A DNA stretch of 27,940 nucleotides, taken from contig NW_021827545.1 in assembly GCF_006345805.1 (NCBI RefSeq), forward strand, positions 1-27,940, given 5' to 3'. The position numbers and the translations under genes were made by a program. Source of the DNA: Octopus sinensis. Lineage: Eukaryota. Shown here piece by piece: positions 20,716-27,940 of this stretch; the stretch's first letter is position 1; each line of letters starts with the position of its first letter. Below the pieces are notes generated by a model that did not search any database, was not told the DNA's origin, and saw only the letters and a list, made by a program, of their open reading frames with translations.

Positions 20716-21399
20716 TATGTATATAAGTTGTATCTCGCGAGGATATTTTTGCCGATATAAAAAAACAAAAACTCGCCCTAGTTCCATTTCACTTCATTTT
20801 TTACTATTGTTTGTAATTAAATTAACTAATGAATCCCCCTAAATAAACGCGTGTTCGACCATTCTTTTGACAAATCAATCAGATGAATGCTCAAAGTCCG
20901 TTCGTCGTCGCTATTAGTGACCTCATGATCAGCCGACGGCTGCTCCAGATAATATCATAATATATCGTCTTTGGATATTTCATGATATCTTCTTGTACTT
21001 CAGTTATCGGAATGTGTGTGTTTGTGATTGTGTGAGTGTGTGTGTATTTTGTCTTTGTTTTGTCTGTGTATGAGCACATATACACACGCTTCGGTGCAGA
21101 CATACTCGCGCGCGCAATGTACGTATGTGTGTGTGTGTGTTTGCATATGGGTGCGTGGACGTGTGTTTGTGTGTGTAAATATGTGATTAGATTGCTCAAC
21201 GAGGACTTTTCTACAAATATATTTAATGTTAGTTATTGGTTAATGAATTCTATAGATTTTTTTTTGTTCATGTCGGACAACAAAACAAGCTACCGTATCG
21301 GACGGAGGCTTATCGTCTGCCATTCGTTGATTTCTGCTTTCGCTTTTTTCAGATGCAGTATCATGTAATATCTGTAGCAGTCGGAGACATCCAGTACGT

Positions 21400-21465
21400 A
21401 TGCAAATACACATACACACACAAATGCATACACACACATTCACACATACATACATACATACATTC

Positions 21466-21498
<33 letters not shown>

Positions 21499-22040
21499 AT
21501 ACATACATACATACATACATACACAATACATACATACATACGCACATACATACATACACACATACACACATATATATACACACACACATATATACACACA
21601 TACATACATACATACGCACATACATATATACACACATACATACATACACACACACATACATACACATATACACACACATACATACATACATACATACATA
21701 CATACATACACATACATATATACACACATACATACATACGTACATATCACTCATAGACATATATGCATAAACACAAACACACATGTACATACACGGATAC
21801 ATGCGATGGCTGTTGGGCCATTAGGTGAGTATGGCCAACGCTGATGAAGTATTTCATTTCTGAATGGGAGTGCATACATATATACATGCATTCATGCATG
21901 CATACATATGCATACACACATAACTACTCATGCATATATACGTAAACACACGCATATGTATACACACATATATGCTTTTGTATACAAACATATACATACG
22001 CGCATCCATAAGTGTGTGTGTGTGTGTGTGTGTGTGTGTT
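21400..22040. repeat. Compound (CATA/CA/TA)n microsatellite
   Basis: Source of the HTYI/VCMY ORFs of 112-202 aa. Confidence 0.93.
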
Positions 22041-22267
22041 TCATTTTTCGGTGACAATGAAACCTAAAATAGGCCCAGCTTCCGAGCAGATGTGTCTCGT
22101 CCATAATTCTGTTTTCAAAACTATGGACATGGTACCATACACCGTCATTTCACTCCCTCAATAAAAACGGTTCCACTACACGTGTCTGACAGAGCTACCT
22201 CCAAATCTTCCTCGAATAGGAAAAGACGCTATGGACTACTAGATTCGCAAAATCATCAGAGAATGGG

Positions 22268-22362
22268 GGGAAATGCCTTACAGTATTTTTTACGTTCCGG
22301 GTTTAAATTTCACCAGCGTCAACCCTTCCTTTTATCCTTTCGGAGTCAGTAAGGTAAAGTAC
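22268..22362 (+). mobile_element. SINE family B fragment, interrupted by MITE M
   Basis: gaaatgccttacagtattttttacgttccggg...ttttatcctttcggagtc aligns to family B. Confidence 0.7.
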
Positions 22363-22802
22363 GGATCTTTTCGGTTTGAACAGCAGTTTTTCTAGCGGTG
22401 TCATATGAAATTGTCACTCATAATTATGACCCTAGAATCGATGTATTGCATTTCAATCTGTTTTAGGGTTAGGGTTAGTTAAGATTAGTTAGGGTTAGGG
22501 TTTGGGGTGGGGGAAGGGTATCTTTTTGTCTTCACAAATGTAAATAAACCCAATCCGTTTCTTAAACGAGGGACATATTCATATGGCACAGAATGTTTTC
22601 ACCTCAATAGACGCCATTGATTGGTTGAAATTGCAGAAATTGAAGAAAAAAAAAGCAAATATCTTACAAACTATAGAATTTTCTCAATAAAGCCAAGAGA
22701 AAAAGATATTTTATAAACACATTCTACCAGTAAACGAAGTTTAAAATTTTTTAGTTACCTAGAAATTATGTTAAAAAACTGTCGTTCAAACCGAAAAGAT
22801 CC
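22363..22802. mobile_element. MITE family M copy 2 (inverted relative to copies 1 and 3)
   Basis: Same TIRs, with a perfect 8-bp TSD TAAAGTAC (22355-22362 and 22803-22810). Confidence 0.93.
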
Positions 22803-22847
22803 TAAAGTACTAGCCAAGTACCGGACTCGATATAATCGACTTCTAAA

Positions 22848-23065
22848 GCGGCAAGCTGGCAGAATCGTTAACACCCTGGGGGAAATGCTTAACAGTATTT
22901 CTTCCGGCTTTACGTTCTGAGTCCAAATTCCGCTGAGGTCGACTTTGACTTTTATCCTTCTAGGGGTGGGGACCGATAAAATACCAGTCAATCACTGGAT
23001 GAATGGTAACTGACTAGGTCCCATCCCCAAAAATTGCGGGTCTTCTGCCTTTACATGAAAGAATT
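22848..23065 (+). mobile_element. SINE family B (Meta-domain-like), diverged
   Basis: gcggcaagctggcagaatcgttaacac head; gaggtcgactttgacttttatccttc body. Confidence 0.8.
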
Positions 23066-23171
23066 TCATCGTCTCCGCAAAGACAAAAGTTAAAGTTAAC
23101 TGCGGTGAAAATTGAACTGAGAACGTAAAGAACTCAAATACTGTTCTAGCGATTCTGCCTATCCAATAATA

Positions 23172-23574
23172 TATTCTTTTCCTCTGTAGGTACAAAGCCC
23201 GAAACTTTGGAGGAGAGGGACAATCGATTAGATCGACCCCAGTGCGAAACTGGTACTTAATTTATCGACCCCGAAAGGGATGAAAGGCAAAGTCGACCTC
23301 GACAGAATTTGAACTCGGAACGTAAAGACAGACGAAATACCTATTTCTTTACTACCCACAAGGGGCTAAACACAGAGAGGACAAACAAGGACAGACAAAC
23401 GATTAAGTCGATTATATCGACCCCAGTGCGTAACTGGTACTTAATTTATCGACCCCGAAAGGATGAAAGGCAAAGTCGACCTAGGTAGGATTTGAACTCG
23501 GAACGTAACGGCAGACGCAATACGGCTACGCATTTCGCCCGGCGTGCTAACGTTTCTGCCAGCTCGCCACCTTA
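23172..23574 (-). mobile_element. Dimeric SINE family B insertion
   Basis: Two tandem copies of the GTCGACTTTGCCTTTCATCCTTTCGGGGTCGATAAATTAAGTACCAG body behind one head, flanked by an 11-bp TSD ATCCAATAATA (23161-23171 and 23575-23585). Confidence 0.88.
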
Positions 23575-23647
23575 ATCCAATAATAGATTAGTGGCCTTCT
23601 TTTAATTGATATAAAATTTATTTTATTTTAGAGTGGTGGGGAGAAGA

Positions 23648-23862
23648 CAGCGAGCTGGCAGTAGCATCAGCACGCCACACAAAATGTTCGACAGCATTTC
23701 GTTCGTCTTTAGCCTTTATGTTTCGAGCTCAAGTTCCAACGAGGTCGACCTCACCTTCCAGCCTTTCGGGAACAATAAAATTAATACCAATGAAATACTG
23801 GGGTTGATATAATCGACTTCCCCTTCTTAAAAACCGATGGTCCTGTGCCAAAATTTAAAACC
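23648..23862 (+). mobile_element. SINE family B, old
   Basis: gcgagctggcagtagcatcagcacgcc ... gaggtcgacctcaccttccagcctttcggg. Confidence 0.78.
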
Positions 23863-23897
23863 ATTTTAGAGCGGGACGAATTGAATGCAGTGATGTT

Positions 23898-24309
23898 GGA
23901 TCTTTTCGGTTTGAACGGCAGTTTTTTAACATAATTTCCACGTAACTAAACACTTTTAAACTTCGTATACTGGTAGAATGTGTTTATAAAACATCTTTTT
24001 CTCTTGGCTTTATTGAGAAAATTCTATACTTTGTAAGATATTTGTTGTTGTTTTTTCTTCAATTTCTGCAATTTCAACCAATCATTGACGTCTATTGAGG
24101 TGAAAACATTCTGTGCCGTATGAATATGTCCCTCGTTTAAGAAACAGATTGGGTTTATTTACATTTGTGAAGAAAAAAAGATACCCTTCCCCCCACCCCT
24201 AACCCTAAAACAGATTGAAATGCAATAGATCGATACTAGGGTCATAATTATGGGTGACAATTTCATATGACACCGCTAGAAAAAACTGCCGTTCAAACCG
24301 AAAAGATCC
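23898..24309. mobile_element. MITE family M copy 3
   Basis: 30-bp TIRs; 8-bp TSD gtgatgtt/gtggtgtt (7 of 8 match). Confidence 0.93.
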
Positions 24310-24691
24310 GTGGTGTTTATACCTACTCCAAAAAATTTAGCGGCGTGAGATAAAATTAATTATTTCTTCAACTGAGAATCGAAACCAGATTGCTTCTACT
24401 CAGCTAGAATTTTCTTTTTTACTCTTTCAAAACTAGCGTCATAATCCGAGATTAATGCTTCGTTATAATCTGATTTCAATCCCTCTAAAAATCAAAAGCC
24501 ATAACTAATGTATTGTAGAATATTAGGAACGGAATGTTGTTGAGGGAGAGAAAAATTAATTAGTTATTTACTACGAAATAAAATCTCGCCTTCAGTTGTT
24601 GGTTAAGCTGATAATGTGGCGGATTTTCAATGTTAAACCTGTATAAGCCATTTTATTGTATTTTGTTTGTTTATTTGTTTACAACAGACGC

Positions 24692-25082
24692 AAGCGTGGC
24701 TGCATGATTAAAATACCAGCTTCGAAAACACGTGGTTTCAGGTTCAGTCCCACTGCGCAGCACATTGGCCAAATGTCTACTAGTATGGAGCTGGCAGAAT
24801 CGTTAACACGCCGGGCGAAATGCTTAGCGGTATTTCGTCTGTCGCTACGTTCTGAGTTGAAATTCCGCCGAGGTCGACTTTGCCTTTCATCCTTTCGGGG
24901 TCGATAAATTAAGTAGCAGTTACGCACTGGGGTTGATATAATCGACTTAATCCGCTTGTCTGTCCTTGTTTGTTCCCTCTGTGTTTAGCCCCTTGTGGGT
25001 AGTAAATAATAGGTATAATTCCGGGCCGACCCTTATCTTGTTGAATGAATTTGATTGACAGAAACCTTGTAAAAGCCCAAAT
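24692..25082 (+). mobile_element. Old SINE A head with a nested SINE B (about 24787-25015)
   Basis: The SINE A head stops at aaatgtctactagtat and resumes at ...ccgggccgac; a well-preserved family B copy lies in between. Confidence 0.82.
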
Positions 25083-25124
25083 GTTACATACATGCATACA
25101 TACATGTACCAGATGTTTAAAGTC

Positions 25125-25310
25125 CTTTCTTATTTTGGCACAAGGCCAGAAATTTTGAGGGGGAGAGAAGTCTATTGCATCGACTTCAGTGCTCAGTTGG
25201 TACTTATTTTATCGACATCTGAAAGGATGAAATGCAAAGTCAACCTCGACGGAATTTGAACTCAGAACATAACTACTTGCGAAATGCCGCTTATTATTTC
25301 GTGCGGTATG
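25125..25310 (-). mobile_element. SINE family B, old
   Basis: ggtacttattttatcgacatctgaaaggatgaaatgcaaagtcaacctcgacggaatttgaactcagaac is the reverse complement of the body. Confidence 0.78.
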
Positions 25311-25325
25311 CTAAAAATGACTCAT

Positions 25326-25497
25326 AACTGTAATTCAAAAGGGCCTGTCTTGTCACACTGAATCTCCCTGAGTACTATGTTAAGGGCACGCGTGTCTTTA
25401 GAATGATCAGTCACTTGAAAGATAATTTCACGAGCAGGCTGTTCCGTTGATCGGATCGACTGGAACACTCGTCGTCGTAACTGACGGAATACCAGTT
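25326..25497 (+). mobile_element. SINE family C 3' half
   Basis: ...tttcacgagcaggctgttccgttgatcggatcgactggaacactcgtcgtcgtaactgacgg matches the reverse complement of 14134-14280. Confidence 0.8.
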
Positions 25498-25653
25498 ATT
25501 TGCCATGGAAACCAGCTTAAACTCCAGCCTTGTGAGTCCTAAAGCTCATAACAAGCCTATGTAATTTGCTTGACTAAATCTTTTAAGGCATCAACGTAGT
25601 GCTATCACTAAAACCAATAAGAGAAATTATATAGACCGTTCAGCTGTCTAAAG

Positions 25654-25998
25654 TAGGGATTCTCAATCACTTTTTTACCTACAGACCCCTTTGATTACTA
25701 TTTTATTCTGGTGGACCTTCAAAGCTATTCGATGCTCAAAAACTAGTTTTATAGAAACTTCTTTCAAAATTCCTATTTTGTTTTCCACACATTAACTTGT
25801 ATCGGTTGAGCTATGTAAAATGTAAGAAACCCAGCTGTTTCATGCAACACACACCAACACATATATCTAAAGCAAAATTTTTCTCAAGACCTTTAAAATA
25901 ACTACTGTGGATCCCCAATTTACTCTTTTATTGCGTGAACTCCCAAAAGTCTTATATGGACCCTCAGGGTCTATATAGACCACGGATGAGAACTATTG
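25654..25998. mobile_element. hAT (Charlie-like) MITE, old
   Basis: Ends tagggattctcaatc / gatgagaactattg. The 8-bp flanks gtctaaag/gtctggag resemble the NTCTAGAN target of Charlie-type hATs. Confidence 0.65.
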
Positions 25999-26311
25999 GT
26001 CTGGAGAGACCAGCTTTCTTTGATGCAATGGATCACCATATTTGACAAAATAAATTTTACTCCGTTAGTCATTACCTGAGACCATTTGAAGACATTCAGC
26101 GCTGTTTAAGACAATCTGGTTGTTTAAGAAGCCACAGTTAGGTTAGTATTAATAAGTTCAATTTAATTAACATTGAAAATCTAATTAAGAAGGCATGGTT
26201 GCGATCTTTTTTTTTTTTGGCTGCATTTTTTGAAATTTTAAAATTAAGTTAAAATTTTCAAATTTTATGAATTGATATTAAGTGAAAAATGACAGCCGAA
26301 CAGAAAAGATC

Positions 26312-26645
26312 CCATGGCTGAATGGTTAAGGAGCTCGCTTTGCAAAGACGTGGTTTTGAGTTCAGTCCCATTGCATGGCACCTTGGACAAGTGTCTTCTG
26401 CTATAGCCCTGAGACAACCAATGTTTTGTGAGTTAATTTGATAGGCGGAAACTGTACGGAAACCTTTCGTATACGTGTGTGTGTATTTGTGTCTGTGTTT
26501 GTCAGCACTCACTGCTATGGTTTGTTTATGTCCTTGTAACTTAAAAAGAACCGATAGAATAAGTATCAGACTACACCCTCCAAGGCCGGCGCTCCAAGCA
26601 TGGCCGCAGCCCAATGACTGAAACAATTAAAAGATAAAAGATAAA
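26312..26645 (+). mobile_element. SINE family A, diverged
   Basis: catggctgaatggttaaggagctcgc...gcatggccgcagcccaatgactgaaacaattaaaagataaaag. Confidence 0.85.
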
Positions 26646-26793
26646 AACGCAGCTGAAAACAAACCAGAACAATATCTTCAAATTACTTTCGCCACCCTTC
26701 GTTGAACCTCGCTACAACCAGAGCACCGTTCCCTTGAAGATATGGAGATAAAAGGCACAAAAAATAAAGATATAAATAGCCAAGGAGATAAGT

Positions 26794-26972
26794 ACTTACC
26801 ATTTTGTGTTGTTTGTGTTAAAAGCCGATGATAAAAGACGAAGAAATGGTGCCAAAAGTCCGAATAGAGAACAGTCAGTCGCTTCGTTCAGTGTTTCAAA
26901 GTGCAACTACAATCCTTCTGTTCTTAATCACTTCTGTATCACAATACTCGCGCGCACAAGCATGGATACTGA
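26794..26972 (-). other. Candidate first exon (5' UTR plus Met-only codon) of an unidentified minus-strand gene
   Basis: ACACAAACAACACAAAATG|GTAAGT: A-rich start context, ATG at 26802-26800, then a perfect donor. Inr-like TCAGT at 26972-26968. No homology support. Confidence 0.3.
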
Positions 26973-27286
26973 TGTATGTGCGTGTGTATGTATATGTGTA
27001 ATTTTAGCACTTATGTTAAATCTTTCCATTAGTATCGCAAAATCTCTGATGTCGATCTGGTGTAGTGTTTAATACAGTTAGTTATTCAGCCCGCAGTAAA
27101 TGCGGGCGGTGTTCGAATCTCGCGTGTAGTTTAACAACGTTTTATATATATATATTTCCGTTTAATTTTGACTGTCGGAAAAAAAGAGTACTCAATACCG
27201 TAATAGAAAGAGTTTATTTTGGTCGAACTAGTTTCTTTGTTCACCGAATTTTGCCTGTGGGTGCACCAGGGTTTTCAGATCCTGTT

Positions 27287-27364
27287 TCTCTCTCTCTCTC
27301 TCGCTCTCTCTCTCTCTCTCGCTCGCTCTCTCCTCGCTCTCTCTCTCTCTTTCTTTCTCTCTAA

Positions 27365-27399
<35 letters not shown>

Positions 27400-27400
27400 A
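27287..27400. repeat. (TC)n microsatellite
   Basis: Direct reading. Confidence 0.95.
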
Positions 27401-27409
27401 CATATATAT

Positions 27410-27806
27410 TCTTTTATTCTTCACGTTTCAGTCAGTTGATTGACTGTGGCGATGCTGGAGCACCACCTTTAGTCGAACAAATCGACCCCAGGACTTATTC
27501 TTTGTAAGCCTAGTACTTATTCTATCGTTCTCTTATGCCGAACCGCTATATTTCAAGGACATAAGTACACCTACATCGGTTGTCAAGCGATAGAGGGAGG
27601 TACAAACTCAGACACAAAGACACACATACATATATATATATATACACGACGGGCTTCTTTCAGTTTCTTCCTGCCATATCCACTCACAAGGCTTTGGTCG
27701 ACCCGAGGCTATAGTAGAACACACACTTGGCCAAGGTGCCACGCAGTGGGACTGAACCCTGAATCATGTGATTGGTAAGCAACCTACTTACCCCACAGCC
27801 ACTCCT
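27410..27806 (-). mobile_element. SINE family A, full length
   Basis: Reverse complement of tail, internal tract and head. Confidence 0.92.
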
Positions 27807-27940
27807 GGCCAAGGTGAAACTCTGTAGGTGTTTCGGCCCCTTTCACAGCAATCCCTATAACTACAAAATAACTATCACAGCAACAAAATCAAACTAAAAC
27901 AACAACAACATAACAACAACAACAACTACAAGTCAGGGTC

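Noticed and set aside
26069-26141. Possible plus-strand exon (HYLRPFEDIQRCLRQSGC...)
   Set aside because: The frame compatible with the 21353 candidate ends in TAG at the best donor, and there is no independent support.
27805-27850. Minus-strand CTGTGAA...CCGAAAC hammerhead-like words
   Set aside because: Core mismatch and no convincing stems I or II.

Overview
Eukaryotic, AT-rich, repeat-saturated non-coding DNA. It is very probably an Octopus genome: the dense (TA/CA/CATA/AAT/GA) microsatellites and the tRNA-headed SINE families match what I recall of octopod repeats (inference, not a database result). No intact protein-coding gene is supported, and almost every ORF in the track is a microsatellite or SINE artefact. 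Supported content: about 15 copies of one tRNA-derived SINE plus three other SINE families; a 1.1-kb solo LTR with a perfect 4-bp target-site duplication (TSD); decayed R4/Dong-type and RTE-type LINE 3' fragments; three Helitron-like non-autonomous elements; three copies of a MITE with 30-bp terminal inverted repeats (TIRs) and 8-bp TSD; a hAT-like MITE; a pogo-like mini-MITE; and a near-intact tRNA-Glu(TTC) with a damaged T-arm. The most interesting signal is a set of four minimal hammerhead-ribozyme (HHR) motifs from three unrelated Penelope-like repeat families. One of them (922-956) looks intact, and two sit at the centre of long fold-back inverted repeats. Also notable are two further unexplained fold-back elements, a 285-bp near-identical duplication flanking a 677-bp insert, and several speculative host exons. 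All coordinates and mismatch counts were read by eye.
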